Of a DNA stretch of 47,488 nucleotides, positions 1-10,055 are shown one piece after another (positions within the stretch are counted from its first letter, which is position 1; each line of letters opens with the position of its first letter). Under the pieces are notes generated by a model. The model worked only from the letters and a program-made list of their open reading frames with translations. It was not told the origin of the DNA and ran no database searches. Source of the DNA: Chthonomonadales bacterium (GTDB lineage: Bacteria; Armatimonadota; Chthonomonadetes; Chthonomonadales; Chthonomonadaceae); NCBI GenBank assembly GCA_038217285.1, contig JBBQPO010000014.1:1-47488 (forward strand). Reading direction: 5' to 3'. Position numbers and translations under genes: made by a program.

Positions 1-159
1 ACGCCTACAAAATCCAATTGAAAGGAGAATCGATGCGGAAACTGCGCGGTGGCTTGACATCTGAGCCGTCCGTACAGCCATAATATATCACCCGCGTAGC
101 TTCGCTCCAGACCGTTCAGATTGAAACGGAATCAGTGTTCAAATTCGCCGGAATGTACA
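1..159 (+). mobile_element. Right end of an IS21-family insertion sequence (istB 3' end plus right terminal repeats)
   Basis: Frame 3-83 reads AYKIQLKGESMRK..., the typical IstB C-terminal motif. It is followed by two imperfect direct repeats (GTTCAGATTGAAACGGAAT 114-132, GTTCAAATTCGCCGGAAT 137-154) and a terminal CA at 158-159, as in IS21-family ends. Confidence 0.8.
3..83 (+). CDS. istB: IS21-family helper ATPase IstB, partial C-terminus
   Basis: AYKIQLKGESMRKLRGGLTSEPSVQP*; stop TAA at 81-83. Confidence 0.8.
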   Translation, partial: AYKIQLKGESMRKLRGGLTSEPSVQP

Positions 160-348
160 CAGAACTGGGTGGAGTGCTGATTCAGGTGCTGGAAGAGCGT
201 CCGAGTCGATCACATGGTCAAACTTATAGAGACATCAGATAAACCGCGTATCATCCGAGTTTTTTGTTGGAGAGAGTGTGCAATGCGGACAATCAGCGCG
301 GAGCGCTCTAGCGACGGAATTCATTCTATCGCGATTCTTCTTGTACGG

Positions 349-408
349 AAAGGCGACCTCCTGTGGTAGATAAGATGACTACATCGATCTACACAGAAGG
401 TCGCCTTT
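349..408. terminator. Long imperfect hairpin downstream of the 461-1801 gene (possible terminator)
   Basis: AAAGGCGACCT (349-359) pairs with AGGTCGCCTTT (398-408); inner GTAGAT/ATCTAC and GATG/CATC also pair. Confidence 0.45.
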
Positions 409-460
409 GTCGCTTCCACGCCTAAAGTTGAGTGACTTCAGTTGCGGAACGGTCTGGCTG

Positions 461-1801
461 TTATTTGCCCCACTGGACGGAGTGAAGCCGATTGAGAAGG
501 CTTTCGGGCCGTTCCGCGTCGGGATCGGATTTGAGGGCGCTGTCGCGGTCCAGGTGCGCGACGAGCAGCACCGCACCGCCCTTTTCGGTCAGGTCGGTCT
601 GAATGAAGACACTGGCCTCCGTCGCCGCCTCGTTGGTCGCGAAGGCGTTGCGCGCGGCGCGATAGACGTTGCGAATCGCATTCTGTCGGAAGTTCTCCTG
701 ATCGGCGGACGAGGGCGGATTCGCCAGCACCAGCACCGCTTCATCCCCCGAGGTCAGGCTGGAAATCTTCGCCAGTTTCATCCCACCGGAAAGAGTGGCG
801 TAACCAGGGTTGCTGTCGCCGCCGGGCTGCAGCGGACGCCCACGCTGAACGGGAGCCGTGGGAATATTGGCGGAAGGCCGCGACCCCGGAACGGGCGAGG
901 CGTTCGAGACGGTCGGTCGGCTCTCCGGAAACGCGGTTGGAACGGTGTGAGCGCCGACAGTCGTATCCGGTGCGAGGCCGCTGCCGCCCTCATGGGGCGG
1001 CGTGACCTCGTTGGTAGCCTGACCGCCGGGAAGGATCGAAGGCCCGCCCAGTTGGGCCGGCGGCAGAGTCCCCTCGCTTCCCGGCAGAGGCGCGATGGAG
1101 GTGGACTGGTTCGGATCGCCGAGCGGACGCGGGATCGTGCCGTCCTTCGTATGACGGTTGTGCGTGCCGTACAGAACGGCGCCCGAAACGACCAGAAACG
1201 CCACCGAGGCGACCGTGATGCCGCGCAGCCACAGTCGGGGCGAAACGCCCATCAGCGCGACGGTCCCCACCGGCCCCTGCCCGTCCAGAGGAAGCGCCAC
1301 CGGAGTTCCGGCGAGATGCCGCCGACCGTTTCCAGCCTGCAGCGTCTGCTGTTGGGCTATTTCACGTTCGACGCGGCGCAGTTTGGCTTCCTCGGTGGGA
1401 TTGGGGTTGATCTCCAGAGCCATGCGATACCACTGGGCGGCATCTTCCCATCTTCCCCGCGCCGCATAGACATCGCCCAGCAGGGCATGTGCGGCCGCGT
1501 TGGCAGGATCGGCCTGCAGCACCGCCACGCAGTGGTCGATGGCCTCGTTCCAGTTCTCCCGCACCCGACTCAGATTCGCCTGGGTCAGCCGCGCGTTCAG
1601 TGCGCGAGGATCCGGCGACAGCAGAGACGGACGGACGGCATCCGCAGGCGTGAGGCGTTGTTCCGCCGAAAGAGAAACTTCCGAGGCGACCGCTGGCGCG
1701 CTTCGGACGGAACGCTCCGCCGAGAGGGGCGTCGGTTTGCCGCACTTTGGGCAGTAGAGACAGTCGTCCAGAATATGTGAAGTACAGTCAGGACAGGTCA
1801 T
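461..1801 (-). CDS. Zinc-ribbon + TPR + single-TM membrane protein with Pro-rich linker
   Basis: Start MTCPDC...CPKCG with GGAG RBS; TPR repeats (AAHALLGDVY...WEDAAQWYRMAL); TM segment ITVASVAFLVVSGAVLY; Pro-rich region. Confidence 0.8.
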   Translation of the reverse strand: MTCPDCTSHILDDCLYCPKCGKPTPLSAERSVRSAPAVASEVSLSAEQRLTPADAVRPSLLSPDPRALNARLTQANLSRVRENWNEAIDHCVAVLQADPANAAAHALLGDVYAARGRWEDAAQWYRMALEINPNPTEEAKLRRVEREIAQQQTLQAGNGRRHLAGTPVALPLDGQGPVGTVALMGVSPRLWLRGITVASVAFLVVSGAVLYGTHNRHTKDGTIPRPLGDPNQSTSIAPLPGSEGTLPPAQLGGPSILPGGQATNEVTPPHEGGSGLAPDTTVGAHTVPTAFPESRPTVSNASPVPGSRPSANIPTAPVQRGRPLQPGGDSNPGYATLSGGMKLAKISSLTSGDEAVLVLANPPSSADQENFRQNAIRNVYRAARNAFATNEAATEASVFIQTDLTEKGGAVLLVAHLDRDSALKSDPDAERPESLLNRLHSVQWGK

Positions 1802-1888
1802 AACATCAACTCCAACGACGATGGCAATCTCGCCGTACCGTCTACCGAACGGCGGATAGCGCAAAAACAGGGTGTCAGGATGGAGCGT

Positions 1889-2365
1889 TCAAGAAACGAT
1901 TCCCGTGCTGCCGAATCCGCCGTTGCCCCGCTCCGTAGCGTCCAGCGGAGAACCTTCGTCCCACTGAGCGCGAACGACCGGCGCGAACACGAACTGCGCG
2001 ATGCGGTCCCCGCGCCGAATGGTCACGGCCTCGCTGCCCCAGTTGATGACGATGATGCCAACGACACCACGATAATCGGCGTCTATGGTGCCCGGCGCAT
2101 TGACCAGCCCGATGCCGTGACGGAGCGCCATACCGCTGCGCGGCCGCACCTGCATCTCGTACCCGACCGGAATCGCCAGTCGCAGCCCGGTCGAGATCAG
2201 CACACGCGCTCCGGGCGCGAGCGTCACAGGATGCTCCGCAGGCAGCGCGGCATAGACGTCCATTCCGGCCGCATCGCGGGTCGCATAAGCGGGAAACGGA
2301 AGGCCTTCCGCCTCCGGCTCCCGATGGATCGCAACACGAATACACTCCGCTTCCTTTTGACTCAT
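1889..2365 (-). CDS. dut: dUTP diphosphatase
   Basis: Motifs AAGMD, RPRSG, GTIDADYRG, RIAQ, RGNGGFGSTG. Confidence 0.97.
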   Translation of the reverse strand: MSQKEAECIRVAIHREPEAEGLPFPAYATRDAAGMDVYAALPAEHPVTLAPGARVLISTGLRLAIPVGYEMQVRPRSGMALRHGIGLVNAPGTIDADYRGVVGIIVINWGSEAVTIRRGDRIAQFVFAPVVRAQWDEGSPLDATERGNGGFGSTGIVS

Positions 2366-2469
2366 GGCTCCCTCTCTATGTTCCCGGCGAAAGGCGGAGG
2401 TCAGGGAACCGGGCCACGAAGACGGAATATTCTGCCCACGACGGCTCGAGCGTCAGCGCCCTCTTCTCC

Positions 2470-4230
2470 CTAGTCGTTGACCGTTCCCTCTTCGCCCAAC
2501 TCCGCCTTCGGCTGATGAAGCGGCAGGCGGATCCAGAAGGTCGAGCCTTTCTCCATTTCGCTCTCGACATTCATCGTGCCCTTGTGGGCCGCGATGAGAG
2601 CACGGACCAGGTAGAGGCCGATTCCCGTGCCGCCTGCCTTGCGAGTGCCGCTGTTGTTGACACGGTAGAACTTCTCCCCGAGCTTCTTCAGAGCGGATTC
2701 GGGAATGCCCATGCCCTGATCTTTGACGCCGATCAGAACCGAGTCATAGGGAAACTCATCGTCGGCGGGTTTCAAGCGCGCGATGATACGCACCTCCCCA
2801 CCGTCCGGCGCGTATTTGATGGCGTTGGAGACGAAGTTCTGGAGAATGTTCTGGATCTTGTCGGGGTCCGACTCGAACTCGATGTCTTCCGGAATGAAAT
2901 CGATGACGAAGGTATGCTTGTCGGTGCGCCCCCTCTGCGTGGCGAGAACCTCCTCGGTCGCCTTGCGCAGTCCGACCATGCCCCAGTTCATCTCGACGCC
3001 GGAGACACCCATGCGCTCGATACGGGAGACGTTCAACAGGTCGTTGATCAGGCGGCTGAGACGGTCCACGTTCTCATCGATGATAGTATAAAACTCTCGC
3101 CGGTCTTTGAGCGTGTACCACTCTTCGTTTTCATCGTCGAGCAGCGTGCGGACAAAGCCTTTCATGGGCGTCAGCGGTGTGCGCAGCTCATGGGAGACGA
3201 TGGAGACGAACTCCGTCTTCATGCGCTCGACATTGCGGAGATCCGTGATATCGTTAAAAATGAAGACCGTACCGACGGGTGCATTGGCGTCGTCGTGGAC
3301 ATTGGCGGCATGCACCTGATAGATGAACTCCTCCTCATCGGCATCCGTCACAGAGATCTCATCCGGCTTTTTCGACTCTTCGTCGTCGTCGGAAGCTATT
3401 CGGATTCCTTCCGCCAGACAGCGCTTGATGATCGCCACACAGTCCTCATGCTTGATGTACTCATCGAAGGGCTTGCCCAGCGGATTTTCGGCCTCGGTAA
3501 TCCCGAAAATAGCGCGCGCCGCAGCGTTCATCTGCCCGACGCGTCCGCGCTGATTGACGAGCAGCAGCCCGGCAGTCAGACTTTCGAGCGTATGGACGAG
3601 CTTCTGTTTCTCTTCGATCAGATCCTGGAAAATCTGGGCGTTGGCGATCACGGCGGCGGCGTTGCGCGACAGGCGTTCCAGCAGGCTGACATCTTCCTGA
3701 ATAAACTCGGCACTGTAACGCTTATTGAAGCAGTGCAGAACGCCGATGTTGAGACGGTCGACAATATGGTTCTGATCGTCTCGTCTATCGACGACGAGCG
3801 GTACGGTGACGCCGTTCCGGATTCGCAGGTTGCCCAGCATCGCCTTGGTCTTCTCGGGTGCCTCGCTCAAATTCTGAAAAATCGCCGGTTTTCCGGAGGT
3901 AAACACCTGGCCGGACAAGCTGCCTTCGACCGGCACACGGTAGGCCTGCACCTCCGCGTCGGTCATACCGAACGCGGGCGAGCGTGCCACCAGGTCGTCC
4001 GTCTCGCGGTCGCGCACCATGATGACGCACTTTTCCGCCTGTACGATCATCGCCGTGCGCTGCACCAGGCGGCGCAAGGTCTCTTCGAATTCGCTGACCG
4101 GAATGACCATCTCATCGCCGGAACCAGTCACGCCTTTGGACCGCTCCAGTTCCGAATTGCGCTGTTTGACGCCTGTCAGCTCTGTTTCCAGAGACTGGAG
4201 TTTGCGTCGAAGCTCCTCTATATCTTCCAT
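2470..4230 (-). CDS. Cytoplasmic GAF-PAS sensor histidine kinase
   Basis: N-terminal coiled coil, GAF, PAS, H-box SHELRTPL, N-box NFVSNAIKY, G-boxes DQGMGI and GGTGIGL; start chosen at MEDIEEL. Confidence 0.9.
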   Translation of the reverse strand: MEDIEELRRKLQSLETELTGVKQRNSELERSKGVTGSGDEMVIPVSEFEETLRRLVQRTAMIVQAEKCVIMVRDRETDDLVARSPAFGMTDAEVQAYRVPVEGSLSGQVFTSGKPAIFQNLSEAPEKTKAMLGNLRIRNGVTVPLVVDRRDDQNHIVDRLNIGVLHCFNKRYSAEFIQEDVSLLERLSRNAAAVIANAQIFQDLIEEKQKLVHTLESLTAGLLLVNQRGRVGQMNAAARAIFGITEAENPLGKPFDEYIKHEDCVAIIKRCLAEGIRIASDDDEESKKPDEISVTDADEEEFIYQVHAANVHDDANAPVGTVFIFNDITDLRNVERMKTEFVSIVSHELRTPLTPMKGFVRTLLDDENEEWYTLKDRREFYTIIDENVDRLSRLINDLLNVSRIERMGVSGVEMNWGMVGLRKATEEVLATQRGRTDKHTFVIDFIPEDIEFESDPDKIQNILQNFVSNAIKYAPDGGEVRIIARLKPADDEFPYDSVLIGVKDQGMGIPESALKKLGEKFYRVNNSGTRKAGGTGIGLYLVRALIAAHKGTMNVESEMEKGSTFWIRLPLHQPKAELGEEGTVND

Positions 4231-4472
4231 AGCCACCTGTGTTGGCTTCCCTTCTGTCCGTTGTAACCCTGAAAACGGGTGCAGAGGAACGGCGGTCGGC
4301 AACAATACGGCCTCTGCGAACATTCCCATTATAACATACGCCTCTACGACCGTCAACCAGCGAGAATCTACAGCGCCACCCGCTTGACCGGAAGCGCTGT
4401 CATAGCTTATAATACCGCTCGATAGCGCGGGTATTCCTGGCGCCGCGCAGAACTTCAGAAGGAGCGAAGCCA

Positions 4473-4820
4473 ATGCTACTGATGCTGGTCGAGGCGATCA
4501 TCCGCCCGGAAAAAGTGCAGGAGGTGCGCCAGGCGCTTACGAACATAGGTGTGAAAGGCGCAACGTTCACCGATGTGCGGGGTTCCGGGCACCAGCGTGG
4601 CTTTACGCACAGCTATCGCGGTGCGGAATATACGGTCAATCTGCTGCACAAGGTGAAAGTCGAGGTGGCTGTGCGCGAGCACGAGGCGCGAGGCGTCGCG
4701 GATGCGATCATCGAGGCCGCGCGCACCGGAGAGGTCGGGGACGGCAAGGTCTTTTTGATCCCGATGGGCGATGCCATGCGTATCCGCACCGGCGAAGAGG
4801 GAACGGATGCGGTAGAATAG
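4473..4820 (+). CDS. glnB: P-II family nitrogen regulatory protein
   Basis: AIIRPEK, T-loop YRGAEY, ARTGEVGDGKVF, RIRTGE; AGGAG RBS upstream. Confidence 0.9.
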   Translation: MLLMLVEAIIRPEKVQEVRQALTNIGVKGATFTDVRGSGHQRGFTHSYRGAEYTVNLLHKVKVEVAVREHEARGVADAIIEAARTGEVGDGKVFLIPMGDAMRIRTGEEGTDAVE

Positions 4821-4876
4821 AAGGGTAAAGCGAATTCGCCCTCGGGCGGTGACGGGGTCAGGACGGGAAGAGGACA

Positions 4877-5839
4877 ATGGCGGGACATCACAACTGCGAA
4901 CATCATAGCGCGGCCGGTATGAGCGAGGGACGCCTTCGTCTGTCGCTGCTTTTGACGTTCGGATTCGTCGTCCTGGAGCTCCTCGTCGGTCTGCGGGCCC
5001 ACAGTCTGGCGCTCGTTTCCGACGCCGGACACAATATGACGGATGGACTGGCCCTCGCGCTCTCCTGGTACGCGCTCTGGATCGCGCGCAAGCCCTCCAC
5101 CCCGACGCGCACGTACGGCTACCATCGTGTCGGAATTCTCGCCGCGCTTGCCAACGCGGTGACGCTGATCGTGATCGCTCTCTTCATTTTCGGAGAGGCG
5201 TTCCAGCTCTTCCTGCACCCGGTGACCGTGCAGAGCGTGCCCATGATCGCGGTGGCCCTGCTGGCGGTCGTTCTGAATACGGGGATCGCCCTCGGCCTGC
5301 GTGGTGCGGCGAAGCATGACGTCAACGTCCGAGGCGCCTACGTCCATATGGCAGGAGACGCGCTGTCGGCGGTAGGCGTCGTCCTGGCCGGTATCGCGGT
5401 GCATTTCACGGGCTGGGTCTACGCTGATCCGCTGGTATCGGTCCTGATCGGCCTGTTTATCGTCTACTCCTCTTGGGGCATCGTCCGCGAGACGATCAAT
5501 ATTCTCCTGGAAGGCACTCCCAACGGCCTGAACGTCGATGCGATGGCGACCGAGATGCAGGCTGTCCCAGGGGTTCAGGACGTACACGATCTGCATGTAT
5601 GGGCCATTGCGGACGGTATGAACGCGCTCTCCTGTCATGTCAACGTCCAGGAAGCCGAGGCTCTCGACGCCGCCCGTGTCGTCCGAGACATCAAGTCCCT
5701 GCTCGCCGACCGCTACCAGGTGCGCCACTCGACGATCGAGACGGAGTGCAGCGACTGCCCCTCCCGCGACCTCTACTGCCAGCTCTCCAAAAGCGCCCAT
5801 TCCCACGCCCATTCCCACGACGGGCCCTGCACCCACTGA
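4877..5839 (+). CDS. czcD: Cation diffusion facilitator (CzcD/ZitB-like) metal efflux transporter
   Basis: SLALVSDAGHN, TYGYHR, HMAGD, VHDLHVW motifs; His-rich termini. Confidence 0.9.
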   Translation: MAGHHNCEHHSAAGMSEGRLRLSLLLTFGFVVLELLVGLRAHSLALVSDAGHNMTDGLALALSWYALWIARKPSTPTRTYGYHRVGILAALANAVTLIVIALFIFGEAFQLFLHPVTVQSVPMIAVALLAVVLNTGIALGLRGAAKHDVNVRGAYVHMAGDALSAVGVVLAGIAVHFTGWVYADPLVSVLIGLFIVYSSWGIVRETINILLEGTPNGLNVDAMATEMQAVPGVQDVHDLHVWAIADGMNALSCHVNVQEAEALDAARVVRDIKSLLADRYQVRHSTIETECSDCPSRDLYCQLSKSAHSHAHSHDGPCTH

Positions 5840-5857
5840 ACAAAACCTCTCCCCCTT

Positions 5858-8374
5858 CTATGGGCCACCTGTTTCCGAAGGCTCGTAGAGAACCGGGGGC
5901 ACGTAGCGGCCGTTGCGGCCGTCGGCGGGGTGGTCGTTGAACAGAGGGCCCAGCGCCTTCTGCGCCAGGAAGAGCGCCGTGAACAACTGCGCATGCGTCA
6001 GGGTGGCGGCGGGTCGGAAGAGAAGCTTCCCGGCGGGCGTGAAGGCGGCCCAGTTGTCCCAGAGCGTTGGGCTGATGTGGTTGGCGTAGAGGGTGCTGGC
6101 GGCGGTTCGCGCGTCGTTGTCGGCGATGTCCGCGAAGAGTTTGCCGGCGGCGCGCTGACGACGGGGATCGGCGGTATGCGCGAGGTCGGGCAGGAGACGC
6201 GTGAGCCAGAGCGCGAAATCAGCGCGCGTGATCGGCGTAGCAGGATCCGGCAGGTTCTGGAGGCTGCGCAGGATCTGCGGGTCGGCGGGTGCGCCCATAT
6301 AGGCGTAGAGAGGACGGCGGGTTTGGGTGAGAGTGGCGCCGAGTGCGGTACGCTGCGACACCGTTTCCAGCCGCGCAGGAGCCCGCTGTGCGAGAATGGT
6401 GAACCAGCGGGCGAGTTCTGCACGGGTTGTCGGCGCGTTCGGCTGGAATGTCTCTGTTCCCGGCGTGAAGCCGTGGGCGGCGAGATACTGGATTTCGCGG
6501 TAGTCGGGATGTCCGGGCTTGACATCGGTGAAGTAACTCAACTGCACGGCAGGGTCGGCGTTGGCATTGGCGATATGGGGCAGCAGTTCGTCCTGTATCT
6601 GGCGGGCAGGAACCTCGCGCCCGATGCGACCGCTCCGAATACTGATGTCCGCCGCGATGCCCGCCGCCTGCCCGAAGGCCATGCGGACCGGTTCGAGGCG
6701 GTAGGTGCCGAAACTGACGTGCGTCGAAGAGACCGCCGTCGTCACGAACACATTGTCGAGGCGCTGCGGGACGATGATGCCGAGCGGCAACTGATGCCAG
6801 GGCGTGTGCTGGTAGAGCCACCACTCGCCTTCGCCCATGTCCGGCGTCGTCCAGTCCGTTTTGGGCCGGACGGCGTGGGAGTCCATCGGGTAGTCGCCGA
6901 GGCCGATGCTTTCCGGCCGCGTGATGTCGCGCGCGTTGGAGATGTCCGCCTCCACCGGCAACTGTTCGCCGAGGATGCGGCGGCCCTCGCGCACATAGAG
7001 GAGCGGCGGAAAGCCGCCGCTGTCGCGGTACTCGTCGTCGGGCAGGCCGAGGCTCTTCTGGCCCAGCACGGTCTGAATGTAGTAGAGGTAGCCGAGCACA
7101 TGGTTCCGATAGACCTGTTCGAGCCGAGTACGTTCGGCGTAGCCCGCTTCGGGATAGCCGTAGTTGATCGCCTGAATATCGCCGCCCTGCGGATGCTGGT
7201 TTAGCTCGTATTTGCTGCCGGGCATCGTGCCGGAGGTGAATGCCCAGGAGTCGCGCCAGCCGGGTGAGTGGACGAACTCTTCCTGACGGTAGCCAGGGGG
7301 GGGCTGCGGCAGGGTCTTATCGACGCCGGGGCCGTAGTCCTTCACGACCAGCAGGTAGCCGTAGGCCTGAATGCGCCGGTCGCCGCGTCCGGTGCTGCCG
7401 GGCAGCAGCGCGTCGTGGGCGCGGTCGTAGTAGATCACGCCGTTATGCGGCTCCTGGGGTGAGCGAGGTTCGCGCCCGAGGCGGTAGGGCGCGCCGGCCC
7501 AGGCCGCCAGATCGCCGCAGTCCGTCGCGTCGATGAAGACCTTCGCGGTCAGCCGCGCACGCCTTCCGGTCGGCCTCCCCTCGGCGTTCAGCTCTTCGAC
7601 ATCGATGGCCTCCACCCGCCTGCGTTCGCTGTCCGGCTGCGCGGGAACGGCCCGTACTGCCGCCAGGCGCGACCGTCGCCAGACGGTGACATTGGGTGCC
7701 TCATAGAGCAGCGATTTCATCGCCTGATGCGCCACACGCGGCTCATACTTCGTACCGTCCGTCACGATGCCTTCCGCCGCGTAGAGCGCTTTCACACGGT
7801 CGCGAAAGCGGACGAAAAAGCCGCTGGCGTACTGCGACTTCCGCAGATCCGTCGCGCTCAGTCCATTGACCGGCATCCCGCCCAGACGCGTTGTGGGTTC
7901 GACCAGCGCGACTTTCAGACCGCGCCGACCTGCCTCGATGGCGGCGGCCACCCCCCCGGTCGAAGCCTGCACGATCACCACATCAAAGGCGACTGTGGCG
8001 ATATGCCGTGAGGCTACGGCGGTTGGGAACGGCATGAATGTCCGTTCGATGTAGTCCCGAGGTTCAGAGGCTTTGTCGCCCTCCAACGCCTGAACGGTAT
8101 AGTGATGTACCGAGTCGGGCGTAAGGCCCGTATCCACAGTTTCATTTTTATCTGCGCTAAGCGTGGAAATCGTCTGCCCGTCCCGCTCTATCCGGTAGCC
8201 CATCGCACCCTTGGCCGGCAGCCAGTAACAGCGTATCTCCGTTGGGGAGACGGCTATCGCCTCGAACGACCGAGGCGCGGCAAACGTCTGTGCCTCCGCC
8301 TGCAATCCGCCTAAAACTAGCGTTGCCACCGCTACGAACAGTCCCGCCACGTTCACAGTTGCTTTCCCTTCCAC
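5858..8374 (-). CDS. Secreted FAD-dependent oxidoreductase with N-terminal FN3-like and C-terminal SLH-like domains
   Basis: Signal peptide; FN3-like segment (DTGLTPDSVHHYTVQA); Rossmann region GGVAAAIEAGR; FIDATDCGD, YVREGRR, DYPMDSH, RLEPVRM; SLH-like FTDV...FQPNAPTTRAE. Confidence 0.85.
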   Translation of the reverse strand: MEGKATVNVAGLFVAVATLVLGGLQAEAQTFAAPRSFEAIAVSPTEIRCYWLPAKGAMGYRIERDGQTISTLSADKNETVDTGLTPDSVHHYTVQALEGDKASEPRDYIERTFMPFPTAVASRHIATVAFDVVIVQASTGGVAAAIEAGRRGLKVALVEPTTRLGGMPVNGLSATDLRKSQYASGFFVRFRDRVKALYAAEGIVTDGTKYEPRVAHQAMKSLLYEAPNVTVWRRSRLAAVRAVPAQPDSERRRVEAIDVEELNAEGRPTGRRARLTAKVFIDATDCGDLAAWAGAPYRLGREPRSPQEPHNGVIYYDRAHDALLPGSTGRGDRRIQAYGYLLVVKDYGPGVDKTLPQPPPGYRQEEFVHSPGWRDSWAFTSGTMPGSKYELNQHPQGGDIQAINYGYPEAGYAERTRLEQVYRNHVLGYLYYIQTVLGQKSLGLPDDEYRDSGGFPPLLYVREGRRILGEQLPVEADISNARDITRPESIGLGDYPMDSHAVRPKTDWTTPDMGEGEWWLYQHTPWHQLPLGIIVPQRLDNVFVTTAVSSTHVSFGTYRLEPVRMAFGQAAGIAADISIRSGRIGREVPARQIQDELLPHIANANADPAVQLSYFTDVKPGHPDYREIQYLAAHGFTPGTETFQPNAPTTRAELARWFTILAQRAPARLETVSQRTALGATLTQTRRPLYAYMGAPADPQILRSLQNLPDPATPITRADFALWLTRLLPDLAHTADPRRQRAAGKLFADIADNDARTAASTLYANHISPTLWDNWAAFTPAGKLLFRPAATLTHAQLFTALFLAQKALGPLFNDHPADGRNGRYVPPVLYEPSETGGP

Positions 8375-8552
8375 ACGATCTCTGTCCCCTGTTGCGACGC
8401 CGCGCCCTCCAATCCCTGCCTCTCTTGAAACGACAAACGCCCGAGAGGGGCTTTACGCCTGGCGCCCCTCTTTATACGCGGCACAGGGAACGCCTCGCAT
8501 TCGGCCTGCGTTTATATTACAGGACAATGAGGTAACCGGAACGGGGGAGATT

Positions 8553-10007
8553 GTGGCACAGCACGAGAGCAAGAGAACTGCGGATCGCGTGGGGTTGGTC
8601 TGGTATCGGACGGGGCTGCGGTTGGAGGACAACACCGCGCTCTACGAGGCGCTGCGTGAGAATGAGGCCGTGCGCTGCCTCTATGTGTTCGACGACAACT
8701 ATCTGCTTGGGGCCGATATGGGAGCGGCTCGCGGGGCTTTCCTGCTCGATTCGTTGGCGGAGATGGCGCAAGAGATCGAAGCGCATGGCGGGCAGTTGAT
8801 CCTTCGAAGAACGCGTGATGTCCCGTCCGAAGTCGTGCGGGTGGCAAAGGAGGTCGGCGCCGGTCGGATCTACGCTCACGACGACTATCTTCCCTACCCC
8901 ATTCAGCGCGACGCTAAGGTACGTTCGCTGGCCGCCGAAGAGGGCATCGCGTTCCAATCCTATCGGGACCTTCTGCTCGTTGATCCGGCGAGGGTATTGA
9001 CGGCAGAGGGCCATCCCTATACGGTCTTCACGCCGTTCAAACACCGATGGGAGGGACTGCTCGACACTCCCGCGCGGTACGATGTGGTTCCCCTGCTGGC
9101 CCGTCTGCAGCAGCAGGAACGGTTTCCTTCTGCAGCCCTGCCAGACCTGGCGGATTTCGGGCTTCACCTGACGCAGCAGATTGAGAAAGGCGGCGCGAAG
9201 CGCGCGCAGAGTCGCCTGGACGAGTTCGTGCGCGACGGGCTGCCGCTCTATCATCAAAATCGGGATCTTTGCGCCGACCCGAACAGCACGTCCCGCCTCT
9301 CGATGCACCTCAAATGGGGAACCGTTTCGGTACGCGACTGCTACCGCGCCGCCCGCGCGCAGAATGGCCCCGGCGCCGATAAATGGATCGACGAACTGGC
9401 ATGGCGTGAGTTCTTCCATGCTGTGATCTTCCACTTTCCGCACGCCCTTACCGGTCCCATGCTGCCCGAATACGGCCTGTTTCCCTGGAGCGACAATGCC
9501 GACCATCTCGACGCCTGGAAAGCGGGCATGACCGGTTACCCGTTCGTAGATGCCGGGATGCGCCAGATGAATGCCACCGGCTGGATGCACAACCGCCTGC
9601 GGCAGGTCGTCGCCTCTTACCTCTGCAAAGACCTGGCCATCCACTGGCAGGAAGGCGAGCGCTACTTCATGCAGATGCTGGCAGACGGCGACTGGGCAGC
9701 CAACAACGGCGGCTGGCAGTGGGTCGCCGGGAGCGGGACCGACCCTCGCCGCGCGACCCGTATCTTCAACCCGGTGCTCCAGCAGGAACGCTACGATCCG
9801 CAGTTCATGTATGTCCGACAGTGGGTGCCCGAGTACGGCACCTCCCACTATCCTAAGCCCATCGTTCACCACGATGTCGGGCGAGAAGATTTCCTGCAGC
9901 GCTTCCGCAGCACCGCCGTCGGTCGAGAGGAGCTTCGAGAAGCCCGCAAAGACGAGACACGGCAACACCGAAAGCGCGAGAACATCAACCAGCGCGAGTT
10001 GTTTTGA
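8553..10007 (+). CDS. phrB: Deoxyribodipyrimidine photolyase (class I CPD type)
   Basis: WYRTGLRLEDN, TSRLSMHL, ELAWREF, TGYPFVDAGMRQ, GWMHNRLR, NNGGWQW, RIFNP. Confidence 0.93.
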   Translation: MAQHESKRTADRVGLVWYRTGLRLEDNTALYEALRENEAVRCLYVFDDNYLLGADMGAARGAFLLDSLAEMAQEIEAHGGQLILRRTRDVPSEVVRVAKEVGAGRIYAHDDYLPYPIQRDAKVRSLAAEEGIAFQSYRDLLLVDPARVLTAEGHPYTVFTPFKHRWEGLLDTPARYDVVPLLARLQQQERFPSAALPDLADFGLHLTQQIEKGGAKRAQSRLDEFVRDGLPLYHQNRDLCADPNSTSRLSMHLKWGTVSVRDCYRAARAQNGPGADKWIDELAWREFFHAVIFHFPHALTGPMLPEYGLFPWSDNADHLDAWKAGMTGYPFVDAGMRQMNATGWMHNRLRQVVASYLCKDLAIHWQEGERYFMQMLADGDWAANNGGWQWVAGSGTDPRRATRIFNPVLQQERYDPQFMYVRQWVPEYGTSHYPKPIVHHDVGREDFLQRFRSTAVGREELREARKDETRQHRKRENINQRELF

Positions 10008-10026
10008 AAAGGGTGACACCCGTCTA

Positions 10027-10055
10027 TTGACCTGTACGTATAGAACAGGTATAAC
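10027..10055 (+). promoter_or_regulatory. Sigma70-like promoter with an overlapping inverted repeat
   Basis: TTGACC-17 bp-TATAAC; ACCTGT...ACAGGT inverted repeat at 10030-10050. Confidence 0.55.

Noticed and set aside
10031-10049. LexA SOS box near the photolyase
   Set aside because: Spacing is CTGT-N9-ACAG rather than N8, and the site is downstream of phrB.
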